From the NCBI GenBank assembly GCA_030600585.1, contig JAUVLU010000001.1, positions 57,071 through 121,070 on the forward strand: a stretch of 64,000 nt of DNA. Reading direction: 5' to 3'. The notes under the pieces were generated by a model, which saw nothing but the letters and a program-made list of their open reading frames with translations, did not search any database and was not told where the DNA came from. Shown here one piece after another: positions 19,528-29,996 of this stretch. The DNA comes from Candidatus Cloacimonadota bacterium (GTDB lineage: Bacteria; Cloacimonadota; Cloacimonadia; Cloacimonadales; TCS61). Each line of letters starts with the position of its first letter. Position 1 is the stretch's first letter. The translations under genes were made by a program, and so were the position numbers.

Positions 19528-20967
19528 ATGGCTGATAAAGTATTGAATTTAAAATTGAAATACAAAGATAAAGTACTGGATATTGCAAGGCACAAACGTG
19601 ATTTTACAAAGAAATTCTATATTGGAAATGACAGAGATCTTTTCTGGCAGATCCTTGATAAAGCTTTTCCCAAAAGATATAAGCTGATATCTAAACATGG
19701 TTCATCTTTTAAAATGAGTCTGCGTGATGATATGAGCGTAACTGTTAGGAAAGATAACCAAGAATTGGGAATGGATGACTTAAGACGTGCAAATCTTATC
19801 AAAGGGAGAACTCTTACCCTTGATCCTTCTACTGTAGGCTCTATTGACTTTGGAGGTAACTGGGAAATTGAATATAGTTTTGGTAAACCATATCTTTATG
19901 TTCCCACTGCACAAGAGATAAGTATTGCTAAACAATTTGCAAAATTTTCACCTTCCACACCTCAACAAAAATTCACACGAATAATCGTTATCATGGGGCT
20001 TATTGCTACATGGATTGGTCTTTATATTGCAGAAAGTACCTATATTCCTCCTGTAAAAATAGATTTTACAGAACGTATGCAGCGTATTGAAGAATTTGCC
20101 ACTTTAATTCAACCGGAAGTAACGGAAGAAGTTGTTGAAGCAGAAGGAACTGCAGATGTGCAAGTTGGAAAATCACGCGAGGAAATGGAAGAAGAAATTA
20201 CGGAGCAAGTAGAATATGCTCAGGAAATGACTTCAGCTCAATTTGAACAGGAATTTGGACTTGCACTTAATGTTGGTGCCGGTATACAAGGTGGTACAGG
20301 TACAGGTGATTTCAGTAATGAGCTATTAGAGGTAACAGAAGTTAGTGAAATTGTTGCAGCAGGTTCCGGGGGACCAGGAGTTGGTACGGGTCCTAAAGCC
20401 AGACGTGGAGCAACTGATCTTGATGTTGTGGGTTCAGGTGGATTTGATCTGGAAGGATCAGGAGACGGTCTTGGCGGACTTGGTGATCTGGGAGGTCTTA
20501 ATCTTGGTGGAACAGGCGGTTTTGAAGAAGTTGATATGGCCAGTCTTGGTGGAGATGTCGGTAGCTATAATATTACCAAGATAGAAAGCAGAGCGCAATT
20601 TAAAGCTGTACAAAAACGTTTTGCCGGTATTAAGATGGTTAAAGAAGGCTCGATAGCAGTTAAACAAACAATATCTCCTCAAACAAAATCGATCGTTGCT
20701 GATATCGATAAGGTGGTTGCTACATACAAACCACAAATATCTAAGTTATTCGGTGTGGAATCTATGATGATGGATATGTATGGAACCATTGAGTTCTCGA
20801 TCATTATCAATAAAAGTGGCAAAGTAGAAGCTGTGGATATAGAAGCTGTTTCGGGCAGCTATTTTACAGATTCGTTTCTGTCAAAATGCCGCGAGATCAT
20901 CTTGAATTGGAAAATACCTGTGAAAAATCCGATCGGTTACAGTTTCAGAATGAAATTCTTGAAGTAA
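19528..20967 (+). CDS. AgmX/PglI (GltG)-like TonB-type energy transducer
   Basis: Cytoplasmic N-domain, single TM, acidic then Gly-rich linker, TonB_C-like end GTIEFSIIINKSGKV...WKIP....YSFRMKF. Confidence 0.75.
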   Translation: MADKVLNLKLKYKDKVLDIARHKRDFTKKFYIGNDRDLFWQILDKAFPKRYKLISKHGSSFKMSLRDDMSVTVRKDNQELGMDDLRRANLIKGRTLTLDPSTVGSIDFGGNWEIEYSFGKPYLYVPTAQEISIAKQFAKFSPSTPQQKFTRIIVIMGLIATWIGLYIAESTYIPPVKIDFTERMQRIEEFATLIQPEVTEEVVEAEGTADVQVGKSREEMEEEITEQVEYAQEMTSAQFEQEFGLALNVGAGIQGGTGTGDFSNELLEVTEVSEIVAAGSGGPGVGTGPKARRGATDLDVVGSGGFDLEGSGDGLGGLGDLGGLNLGGTGGFEEVDMASLGGDVGSYNITKIESRAQFKAVQKRFAGIKMVKEGSIAVKQTISPQTKSIVADIDKVVATYKPQISKLFGVESMMMDMYGTIEFSIIINKSGKVEAVDIEAVSGSYFTDSFLSKCREIILNWKIPVKNPIGYSFRMKFLK

Positions 20968-20982
20968 CAACAAATATTAAAC

Positions 20983-21012
20983 AGCCCTTCTCTTGCAGAA
21001 GGGCTATTTTTA
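20983..21012 (+). terminator. Intrinsic terminator of the Agl-Glt-like cluster
   Basis: agcccttct-cttgc-agaagggct followed by attttt. Confidence 0.75.
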
Positions 21013-21017
21013 TAGCT

Positions 21018-23405
21018 ATGAAATATTATCAAATTGCACTTCCTATTAATGTTGCTAAACTTTATACTTACAAAAGTGAGGAAAATATCATAGCTGGCTG
21101 TCGGGTATTGGTCTCTTTTAACAACACATTTCATACCGGTATTGTTTGGAAAGAGACACTTGCTATCGATAAAAAGATAAAGTATAAAGATATCCTTGAG
21201 ATCGTAGATGACGATCCTAAAATTTCTTCTGAGCTTTTAGAATTGGCTTTGTGGATCAGTAAGTATTATCACTGCAGTTTGGGACAGTCACTTTCGGCAA
21301 TGCTTCCTTCCGCTTTCAATATTCAACTGCAAAGAAAAGTGAGATTAACTGAATCCCTCAATCTGGAAATTAATGATGAGACAGCACAGAAAATAGTTAA
21401 AGAACTTAGCGAAGACTGGTACGATATTTCCAAACTGAAAGAAAAATTAAAGATCAAATCTTCAAAATTCAACACTTCGTTAGAAGAATTGGAGAATAGT
21501 GATGTTATTGAAATATCAAGAGTTTTTGATGAAAAAATTAAAAAGAAGATCGCTAATTTTGTGGTCTTATTACAGGTCGATACAATACCTTTCCTAACAG
21601 CAAAACAGACAGAAGCATATGAATATATGAAGAGCATCTCGACCGATTTTGCACTGGCAAAGATCGCTGACAGATATAGCTATTCAATAATCAAAGCACT
21701 AAGAAATAAGGGACTTCTTAATATCGAACCGCGGGAAGTAAAAAGGCAATATTTTACTTTCCCTCCAAAACGGATTTTAAAAAGTATTCAGCTAACCTTA
21801 GAACAGCAGACAGCAATTTCAACAATTAATGAGTATGTTCGATCAGGAAAATTTCATCCATTTTTGCTCTTTGGAATTACCGGCAGTGGTAAGACAGAAG
21901 TATATATTGAAATTATAAAATGTGCATTGAAGAAGAACAAGTCTGCTCTTATGCTGGTTCCTGAAATTGCGCTTACTCCACAAATGGTTGATAGGTTCTT
22001 CAACGCTTTTGGTGAAGACATAGCCATTTTGCACAGTCACTTGAATGACCGTCAGAGATGGGAACAATGGAACAAAATAAAATCCGGGAAAAGCAAGATC
22101 GTGATTGGCGCACGCAGTGCGATTTTTGCTCCGCTGGAAAATCTTGGTGTAATTATCGTTGATGAAGAACATGAGACAACTTACAAACAGGAAAATACTC
22201 CGCGTTACAATGGACGTGATCTTTCAATTCTACGAGCTAAAATGAACAATGCCGTTGTTATATTGGGAAGCGCAACTCCCTCTCTGGAAAGCTGGAATAA
22301 TGTGAAAACCGGTAAATACACTCTGCTTAAATTATCTCACCGTCCCCTCTCCTATGAACTTCCTACAGTTGATATTCTCGATATGAGAAAAGAGAAAGAT
22401 CCAAAACTTCTTATATCGGTTAAACTAAAAGCGAAAATTGAAGAGAAGCTAAAAGCAGATCAGCAGATAATCTTACTGCAGAACAGAAGAGGACATTCTT
22501 CATTTGTACAGTGTATCTCCTGTGGAAAATTATTTGAATGCCAAAATTGTGATATTTCCATGAAATTTCATAGTAATTCCCAGGAATTGATCTGTCATTA
22601 CTGCGGCAATAAAACGCATATGCCCAGAAAGTGTCCTAAGTGCGGGAGCTATATGTTTGCCTTTGGTGCTTCCGGTACACAGCAGATTGAAAAGCAGCTC
22701 AACATTCTCTTTCCCAAAGCCAGAATATTAAGAATGGATTCCGATAGTGCCGGTAAAAAAGACAGTTATGATTCCATGTTTAAAAGAATGCGTGACGGAA
22801 CTGTTGATATCCTTTTGGGAACGCAGATGATAGCAAAAGGACTCGACTTTGAAAACGTGACTCTGGTCGGTGTTATCTCAGCTGATATTGGTTTGAATGT
22901 TCCTGATTTCAGAGCTGCTGAAAGAACTTTTCAACTGCTTACTCAGGTGGCAGGAAGATCGGGACGAGGTGAGAAACCCGGTGAAGTAATAATCCAAACT
23001 TACAATCCTGAACATTATTCTATTACGAATGCAATGAAGCAGCACTTTGAATTATTTGCCGATAAAGAAATAAATATGCGAAAACATCTGAAATATCCAC
23101 CTGAATATAAACTTGCGCGATTTGTATTTTCCCACAAAAATGAAAAATATTTAAAAGAACAAATATCAAAAAATACTAAAGTGATCAATGAACTGAAGAA
23201 TCTTTTCAAAGCAGATCAGTTAAGAATTTTAGGTCCGATCGATGCCCCGATAGCGAGAATGCAGAATAATTACAGATACCATCTCATACTTAAAGCCGAT
23301 AGCGTTAAAGTGGTTTCAGCTTCAGTAAGTTTTTTAAAAGACAACCTCAAGATAGGCAGTACTATAAAACAGGTGATCGATATAGATCCGTATAGCCTGA
23401 TGTAA
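21018..23405 (+). CDS. priA: Primosomal protein N'
   Basis: GITGSGKTEVY, VPEIALTPQ, DEEH, four CxxC pairs, GTQMIAKGLDF, QVAGRSGR; start at ATG 21018. Confidence 0.97.
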   Translation: MKYYQIALPINVAKLYTYKSEENIIAGCRVLVSFNNTFHTGIVWKETLAIDKKIKYKDILEIVDDDPKISSELLELALWISKYYHCSLGQSLSAMLPSAFNIQLQRKVRLTESLNLEINDETAQKIVKELSEDWYDISKLKEKLKIKSSKFNTSLEELENSDVIEISRVFDEKIKKKIANFVVLLQVDTIPFLTAKQTEAYEYMKSISTDFALAKIADRYSYSIIKALRNKGLLNIEPREVKRQYFTFPPKRILKSIQLTLEQQTAISTINEYVRSGKFHPFLLFGITGSGKTEVYIEIIKCALKKNKSALMLVPEIALTPQMVDRFFNAFGEDIAILHSHLNDRQRWEQWNKIKSGKSKIVIGARSAIFAPLENLGVIIVDEEHETTYKQENTPRYNGRDLSILRAKMNNAVVILGSATPSLESWNNVKTGKYTLLKLSHRPLSYELPTVDILDMRKEKDPKLLISVKLKAKIEEKLKADQQIILLQNRRGHSSFVQCISCGKLFECQNCDISMKFHSNSQELICHYCGNKTHMPRKCPKCGSYMFAFGASGTQQIEKQLNILFPKARILRMDSDSAGKKDSYDSMFKRMRDGTVDILLGTQMIAKGLDFENVTLVGVISADIGLNVPDFRAAERTFQLLTQVAGRSGRGEKPGEVIIQTYNPEHYSITNAMKQHFELFADKEINMRKHLKYPPEYKLARFVFSHKNEKYLKEQISKNTKVINELKNLFKADQLRILGPIDAPIARMQNNYRYHLILKADSVKVVSASVSFLKDNLKIGSTIKQVIDIDPYSLM

Positions 23406-23604
23406 TATCAAAACCTTCTTAAAATATTCTAATAGAGAATAAACCGTAAATTCAGAATGAGTTATCATTAATAAATTGACTTAATATAGACATAATAAAA
23501 AATGAACTAAGATCATTTAAAGGTTTTATTATCAAGCTGTTAGTAGTTTTGCTTGACGTAAATCTTGAAGAAAAGAAGTAGTAAATATAAATTATGGAGG
23601 AAGA

Positions 23605-24750
23605 ATGGATTATTTCTTAACCGAAGAACAATTAGAAATAAAAGAAATAGCTCGTAAGGTTGCAGAAGAGAAGATCAAACCTGTAAGAGCGAAATATGAT
23701 GAAGGGCACGAATTCCCATGGGAGATCGTAGAAGTATTTAAACAGACAGATCTTTTTGCTGTTCTGGTTCCGGAAGAATATGACGGTATCAGCGGTAAAG
23801 TGGTAGATATTGCTATAGTCACAGAAGAACTTAGTCGTGTTTGCGGTGGTATCGGTCTTTCACTTGGTGGTTCTGGTTTGGGAATGTACCCGATCCTTAT
23901 CTCCGGAAGCGAAGAGCAGAAACAGAAATATTTGCCCAAAATTGCTAATGGAGAGATTCTGGCTGCTTTTGCATTAACAGAGGCAAATGCCGGATCTGAT
24001 GCCGGCGGTATGGAAACAACTGCTGTTAAAGATGGTGATCATTATATACTTAATGGTACAAAACAGTGGATAACTAATGGCGGAGAAGCTGATCTTTACA
24101 CAGTTTTTGTACTTACTGATAAATCAAAAGGAGCGCGTGGTGCTTCTTGTCTTATTGTAGAAAAAGGCACCGAAGGTTTTTCATTTGGGAAGAAAGAAGA
24201 TAAAATGGGTATTCGCGGTTCAGTAACGAGAGAACTGATCTTTGATAATTGCAGAATTCCGGTAGAAAATCTGGTTGGCCGTGAAGGAACAGGTTTTATG
24301 ATTGCTATGAAAACACTGGATAAATCACGTCCAATGGTTGCTGCGCAAGCTGTGGGGATTGCTCAAGGTGCTTATGAAGAAGCTGCAAAATATGCCAAAC
24401 AACGTATTCAGTTCGGGAAACCGATCTCAGCTTTCCAGGGTGTTCAGTTTATACTGGCAGATATGGCAACGCAGATCGAAGCAGCCAGAGCACTGATTAT
24501 GGCAACTGCAAAATTGATAGATTCCGGTGCGAAAAAATATGCTAAGGAATCTGCAATGTGCAAAGTATTTGCTTCAGATGTGGCAATGAAAGTTACAACC
24601 GATGCAGTTCAAATATTGGGTGGATACGGATATATGAAGGAATATCCGGTAGAAAAAATGATGCGTGATGCTAAGATCACTCAGATATATGAAGGAACAA
24701 ATCAAGTTCAAAGATCCGTGATAGCTTCCAACCTGTTAAAGGAATTTTAA
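23605..24750 (+). CDS. Acyl-CoA (butyryl-CoA-type) dehydrogenase
   Basis: FALTEANAGSD, GTKQWITNG, KMGIRGS, QILGGYGY, IYEGTNQVQR. Confidence 0.95.
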   Translation: MDYFLTEEQLEIKEIARKVAEEKIKPVRAKYDEGHEFPWEIVEVFKQTDLFAVLVPEEYDGISGKVVDIAIVTEELSRVCGGIGLSLGGSGLGMYPILISGSEEQKQKYLPKIANGEILAAFALTEANAGSDAGGMETTAVKDGDHYILNGTKQWITNGGEADLYTVFVLTDKSKGARGASCLIVEKGTEGFSFGKKEDKMGIRGSVTRELIFDNCRIPVENLVGREGTGFMIAMKTLDKSRPMVAAQAVGIAQGAYEEAAKYAKQRIQFGKPISAFQGVQFILADMATQIEAARALIMATAKLIDSGAKKYAKESAMCKVFASDVAMKVTTDAVQILGGYGYMKEYPVEKMMRDAKITQIYEGTNQVQRSVIASNLLKEF

Positions 24751-24763
24751 TCAGAAAAAAATC

Positions 24764-25291
24764 ATGAAATTACTTTTTCATATATGTTGTGCACCGTGTT
24801 TTGCGGCGCCTTATTTTCATTTGAAAGCAGAAGGTCATGATGTCCATGGATTCTGGTATAATCATAATATACACCCCTATACAGAATATAGGAAACGATT
24901 GGAAACTTTGCAGGAATTTGCAGGAAAAGAAAATTTTCCGCTTATCGTAAAAGATGAATACGAATTGGAAAAATTCCTGCGTAAAACTGCATTCCGTGAA
25001 CAAGAGCGCTGTAGAATTTGTTATTATGACCGCCTGAAATATTCTGCTATAATTGCCAAGAAGGGCAACTTCGATGCTTTTACCACAACACTTCTTTATA
25101 GCAAATTCCAAAAGCACGATCTCATAAAAGAAATTGGTGAATCACTTGCTAAAGAATACGGCATAAAATTTTATTATCAGGATTTCAGGGAGTATTGGCA
25201 AGAAGGGATAAAGATTTCCAAAGAAAAGAAGATGTACCGTCAGCAATATTGCGGATGTGTATATAGTGAACGGGACAGGTATCTGAAATGA
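24764..25291 (+). CDS. queH: Epoxyqueuosine reductase QueH
   Basis: HICCAPC, YNHNIHPYTEY, RCRICY, YRQQYCGC. Confidence 0.9.
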   Translation: MKLLFHICCAPCFAAPYFHLKAEGHDVHGFWYNHNIHPYTEYRKRLETLQEFAGKENFPLIVKDEYELEKFLRKTAFREQERCRICYYDRLKYSAIIAKKGNFDAFTTTLLYSKFQKHDLIKEIGESLAKEYGIKFYYQDFREYWQEGIKISKEKKMYRQQYCGCVYSERDRYLK

Positions 25292-25299
25292 TTGTCGAC

Positions 25300-25680
25300 C
25301 TCACCCTCAGGCTTCGCCAAGGCTACGCCCCAACAGGTCTGTTCCTCTCCTGTCCAGTAGAGGGATGTCGGAGAAAATGAAATTTTGAAAATGTTGAGTT
25401 TTGAGTGTTGAATTGTAAGTTATCGTCATCCTGCCTGCCGTGGCGTATCCAGCTTTAGCTGGAGAAGACTGGACGTTTACCAGCAAACCAATAGCTTGTC
25501 CGCCTCTGGCGTGGCTTGTAAACCTCAGGCTGGAATTTTGCACGTTGTTCTCTTTAGGAAGGAGAATTAATACAATAAATTTTCTCCTTATTCTTCGTTA
25601 AAAGTAACGGAAGAAAGATTCCATGCCTTCGGCAGGTAAACCTCAGATTTATCAGCCTATGGCTGATTGACGGGAATAAA
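25300..25680. repeat. Cluster of nested REP-like palindromes
   Basis: cttcgccaaggctacgcc; ggcgtatccagctttagctggagaag; ccgcctctggcg; ccatgccttcggcaggtaaacc; atcagcctatggctgat; heptamer-like run ttgagtt/ttgagtg/ttgaatt. Confidence 0.7.
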
Positions 25681-25831
25681 TTATTTGTACTAATAATATT
25701 ATCAGCGTTTATCCGTGTTCATCTGTGGTAAAATTTTGTATGAGATAGGTTCACAAATTGTATAATAAAAAACTCTTGCTTTATTTGGATGTAAATAGAA
25801 ATTGTAAAAAAAACAAAAAAGGAAGAAAAAT

Positions 25832-26044
25832 ATGAAGGGAACTGTAAAGTGGTTTGATGAAGGAAAGGGTTATGGTTTTGTCATTACGGCTGAAGGAAAA
25901 GAATTTTTCGTTCACTGGAAATCAATAGTAACAGTATCAGAATTGGGTAGAAAAATACTTATTCCTGATGAAGAAGTAGAATTTGATACAATTGAAACGG
26001 ATAGAGGAATTCAGGCGATTAATATTATCAGATTAAATCCATGA
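25832..26044 (+). CDS. Cold-shock domain protein
   Basis: MKGTVKWFDEGKGYGFV, FFVH, RGIQAINI. Confidence 0.92.
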   Translation: MKGTVKWFDEGKGYGFVITAEGKEFFVHWKSIVTVSELGRKILIPDEEVEFDTIETDRGIQAINIIRLNP

Positions 26045-26064
26045 TCTGCTAATTGCAATTTCAA

Positions 26065-26088
26065 CGGCGTATATACGTCGCTTTTTTT
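26065..26088 (+). terminator. Intrinsic terminator after csp
   Basis: cggcgta-ta-tacgtcg hairpin followed by a T run. Confidence 0.6.
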
Positions 26089-27864
26089 ATGAACAGTTTT
26101 TTACCAACATTCTTGCAAGACCTTAAAGAAAGAGGTTGGAAACAACTTGATATTATTATCATTTCAGGTGATGCTTATATCGATCATCCCAGCTTTGGTC
26201 CTATCATCATTGCCAGATCTCTGGAAGCTGAAGGTTACAAAGTCGGCATAATTTCCCAACCTGATTGGAAAAGTGATAAAGACTTCAAGAAGCTAGGGCG
26301 TCCCAGATTATTTTTTGGAGTGTCTTCCGGGAATATGGATTCGATGATAAATCACTATACTGCACTTCGCAAGATTCGTTCGGAAGATGCATATTCACCC
26401 GGTGGGAAAAGTGGTTTGCGTCCGAATAGGGCTGCAATTGTCTATACCCAGAAAGTTAGATCGATCTACAAAGATACACCTGTTATTCTTGGTGGAGTTG
26501 AAGCCAGTATGCGCCGTCTGCCGCATTACGATTACTGGAGCGATAAACTGTGCAATTCCATCCTCTTCGATTCCAGAGCAGATATACTTGTTTACGGAAT
26601 GGGGGAAAGAACTATTAATACGATCGCCGAAAGAATAAATAACGATGAAGATATTAAGGCGATGAACAATATCCCCGGAACTGTGGTGATGGGAAAAGAG
26701 ATTGAAAGTGCAGTTTCTTTACCGAAATTTTCATCTAATCTTTCTAAAGATAATTTCTTGAAAATGCATAAAATATTCTGGGATAGTTTCCGTGATAAAG
26801 TTCTCATTCAAAAATTCGGGAAGAGTTACCTCATTCACAATCCACCGGCAAAACCATTATCTACAAAAGAGCTTGATAAAGTTTATGATCTTGGTTTTAT
26901 CCGTCAACCGCATCCTGATTATAAAGGAAAGAAAATACCTGCTTTTACTCAGATCAAGGATTCTGTAACAGCACATCGTGGTTGTTTTGGCGGTTGTCAT
27001 TTTTGTGCAATTGGATCACATCAGGGCAAAACGATCAGGTCGCGCAGTATTGGATCGATCATAAACGAAATTAGACACATTGCCGCAGATAAGAATTTTA
27101 AGGGTACGATCAGCGATATTGGCGGTCCTTCTGCAAATATGTATGGAATGAGCTGTAAACTGGGAATTAGTGAAACATGTAAAATAACTTCCTGCCTTTT
27201 CCCTGAGATATGTTCCCATTTGGATACTTCTCACCTTGAACAGAAAAAACTATTAAATGAAGTTCGAAAACTCCGGAAGATCAAACATTCATTTATTTCA
27301 TCCGGTATCAGATTTGATCTTGCATTAAAAGATATTGATTATATAAAAACGGTTGCTAAATATCATACCAGCGGACTCCTAAAGCTTGCACCGGAACATA
27401 TCAGCCCTGAAGTTTTACAATATATGAATAAACCTTCCATCACGCTTTATGAAAGATTCCACGATATCTACAGTTCATATTGCGATAAGATCGGCAAAAG
27501 GCAGTTTATCGTTCCATACATTATTGTAGGGCATCCGGGATCCAGTTTAAAAGAGACGATCAAACTGGCGACTTACTTAAAGAAAAATGGGATCAAATTG
27601 AAACAGGTCCAGCAATTTACACCAACTCCAATGACGCAAAGTACAATGATGTATTATACAGGACTCGACATTGATGGAAAGAAGGTCAATATTCCAAAAG
27701 GCAGGGAGATCAGATTGCAGAAAGCGCTTGTTCAGTGGTTTGTACCGCAAAACAAAAAGCTGATCATTGAAGCTTTGAAGAATGCCGGCAGAAAAGACCT
27801 GATCGATTTCTTTTTGGATAATGAACAGAGAGCAATAACTAATAAACGTAAGAGAAAGAGATAA
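26089..27864 (+). CDS. YgiQ (UPF0313) family radical SAM protein
   Basis: GDAYIDHPSFG, GNMDSM, HRGCFGGCHFC, DIGGPSANMY, KLAPEH, GHPG, FTPTP. Confidence 0.95.
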   Translation: MNSFLPTFLQDLKERGWKQLDIIIISGDAYIDHPSFGPIIIARSLEAEGYKVGIISQPDWKSDKDFKKLGRPRLFFGVSSGNMDSMINHYTALRKIRSEDAYSPGGKSGLRPNRAAIVYTQKVRSIYKDTPVILGGVEASMRRLPHYDYWSDKLCNSILFDSRADILVYGMGERTINTIAERINNDEDIKAMNNIPGTVVMGKEIESAVSLPKFSSNLSKDNFLKMHKIFWDSFRDKVLIQKFGKSYLIHNPPAKPLSTKELDKVYDLGFIRQPHPDYKGKKIPAFTQIKDSVTAHRGCFGGCHFCAIGSHQGKTIRSRSIGSIINEIRHIAADKNFKGTISDIGGPSANMYGMSCKLGISETCKITSCLFPEICSHLDTSHLEQKKLLNEVRKLRKIKHSFISSGIRFDLALKDIDYIKTVAKYHTSGLLKLAPEHISPEVLQYMNKPSITLYERFHDIYSSYCDKIGKRQFIVPYIIVGHPGSSLKETIKLATYLKKNGIKLKQVQQFTPTPMTQSTMMYYTGLDIDGKKVNIPKGREIRLQKALVQWFVPQNKKLIIEALKNAGRKDLIDFFLDNEQRAITNKRKRKR

Positions 27865-28070
27865 AGTAACGCAAACATTCAGCACTAGAAAATTCGGTGG
27901 ATAAATATGTTTGCGAAAAAATCCTTGCAAAAAAAAATGCTTATATTTAAATGAATCGTGAATAAGAAATTGATACAAATTCTAATTTTTACAATAAATT
28001 ATTACGGGAGTTGCTAAACTATATTGATAGCTTCATTATCTTTGCAAAAAATTAATAAGGGTGGTTTTTT

Positions 28071-29903
28071 ATGGCAAAGCGTATTACACTAATCGGAATG
28101 ATGATCTTAGTATTAATAGGATTAAAGGCAATAAATTCAAAACAACAAAAACACATTGAAAGAGCTCGTGATGGGCAGCACATTATTATCGCACCAGAAG
28201 AGTTCTTAACTCAAGCAAATCTATTAGCAGATTTCTATTGGAATGAATTTCAAATTGCACGTACTGTAGTAGACCAGCAGGATATATTTGATCAAATGAG
28301 CGGAGGAGTAGAAGATCCGGAAGCGATTCGAGATTATCTCATTGAATTTTTCGATGACCCATCTATCTGGATGGATAGTTCTGTTCTTTTGATGGGAAGT
28401 GGTACTGAAGAATGGAATACTCCCAGTGATAAAAACCGGATAGTTGTAATTGGATATACTGATGATGAATTTGTCATGCTGGATACAGATATTTACCCAG
28501 ATGTCCCTATCGGTAGGTATCCTGCTCAGAATATTGAACAATTAGAGCTTATTATCAATAGAAATATTCAGTATATCACAAATCCTACACTTGATTGGTG
28601 GAGAAATAAAATGCTCATCGTTGCAGATGATGAACATAAAGCAGGAAATTTAGAGGGATTAACTCCCACAAGTGGCTTAAATCATACAGCTAGAGCTCAA
28701 GAATTAGCAGAGACGTTATCTGATGCAGTTTGGATAGATCGTGTAATAGGTATAGAATATGAAATGAATACAAATGGAAATAAACCAGAAGCTGCGCATG
28801 ACGTAATTTATAATGTAAATGAAGGTAGATTGATTTGGCACTATATTGGTCATGGAAACGAAGATGTACTAGGTGATGAGGACTATTTCAGAGCTTCTAC
28901 TCAACTTCAATTATTACAAAATACCGATCATCTTTCTCTATTCACTGCAGCTTCAAGTAGAGTTGGAAATTTTACTTCTTTGGAGTTTGATTGTATGGCA
29001 GAACAATTCCTTACCTATGAGGATGGTGGAGTAATTGCAGCTATTACACCAAGAGAATGCGCAAGTGGTAGTAGTAATTGTATTCTATTTCTAGCGTTTT
29101 TCCAGAATATTATAAATGATTATCAATATCTGGGTGCTGCTCTTCTTGATGCTAAAATAAATAGTGGAACATCAATTATTAATAGCAAGTTGTATAATAT
29201 ATTAGGTGATCCATTACTTTTTGTGAATCCTCCACAACGTGATGAGAATATTACAATTACTGGAAATCCTGAGATATTGTTTTATAATGATGATATTTCA
29301 ATTTTCGGACAGCTTCCTTTCATTGATTATTCTCAATGTGAATTTAAGGCATTTGAATCAGAATATGACTGTTTTTATACAAATACATTAAATGGAGCAA
29401 CTTATGAAGTAGACTATACAAAATTTGGTGAGCCTTATTTTGAAGAAGAAATTACAATTGCTGGTGATTATTATGAAACATCATTCACTGTTACATCTGA
29501 TATTCAAACCGGTGAAGAAGCTAGAATGATTAGCTATGTTAATGGAGTAGAAGGTGATTTTGTTCAATATTTATACCCAATAACAATCTCAGATGGAACA
29601 TCATCACCAGATTTACCGGAATTGCCACCCAGTTTAGTTGCTTCCAATTATCCCAACCCATTTAATCCAACGACTACAATTGCATATTCTCATCCAAATG
29701 ATTGTAACATTGAACTTAAAGTTTATAACAATAAAGGACAAATAGTAAAAATTTTAGTTAAGGAAGAGCAACTTGCAGGATTATATGAAACTGTTTGGAA
29801 TGGTACGGATGAAAATAATCACCCAGTTGCTAGTGGAATATATTTCTATAGATTAGAAACTGAAAGCAAAACTGTAACAAAAAAAATGCTGTTGTTAAAA
29901 TAG
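28071..29903 (+). CDS. C25 (gingipain/PorU-like) domain protein with C-terminal sorting domain; catalytic Cys apparently replaced by Ser
   Basis: IGRYP, WRNKMLIVADD, HYIGHG, TAASSRVGNF, ILGDP; CTD NYPNPFNPTTTI...KMLLLK. Confidence 0.85.
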   Translation: MAKRITLIGMMILVLIGLKAINSKQQKHIERARDGQHIIIAPEEFLTQANLLADFYWNEFQIARTVVDQQDIFDQMSGGVEDPEAIRDYLIEFFDDPSIWMDSSVLLMGSGTEEWNTPSDKNRIVVIGYTDDEFVMLDTDIYPDVPIGRYPAQNIEQLELIINRNIQYITNPTLDWWRNKMLIVADDEHKAGNLEGLTPTSGLNHTARAQELAETLSDAVWIDRVIGIEYEMNTNGNKPEAAHDVIYNVNEGRLIWHYIGHGNEDVLGDEDYFRASTQLQLLQNTDHLSLFTAASSRVGNFTSLEFDCMAEQFLTYEDGGVIAAITPRECASGSSNCILFLAFFQNIINDYQYLGAALLDAKINSGTSIINSKLYNILGDPLLFVNPPQRDENITITGNPEILFYNDDISIFGQLPFIDYSQCEFKAFESEYDCFYTNTLNGATYEVDYTKFGEPYFEEEITIAGDYYETSFTVTSDIQTGEEARMISYVNGVEGDFVQYLYPITISDGTSSPDLPELPPSLVASNYPNPFNPTTTIAYSHPNDCNIELKVYNNKGQIVKILVKEEQLAGLYETVWNGTDENNHPVASGIYFYRLETESKTVTKKMLLLK

Positions 29904-29996
29904 TGACATATGTTCTTGTATCCAAGCTTCAGCTTGGATACAAATAATCAATGTGATGAGAAGGTTTCCAAGCTGGGGCTTGGAAACCAGAATATT
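29904..29996 (+). repeat. About 93-bp double-hairpin element, copy 1
   Basis: gtatccaagc-ttca-gcttggatac ... ggtttccaagc-tggg-gcttggaaacc; near-identical inverted copy at 47447-47539. Confidence 0.9.
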
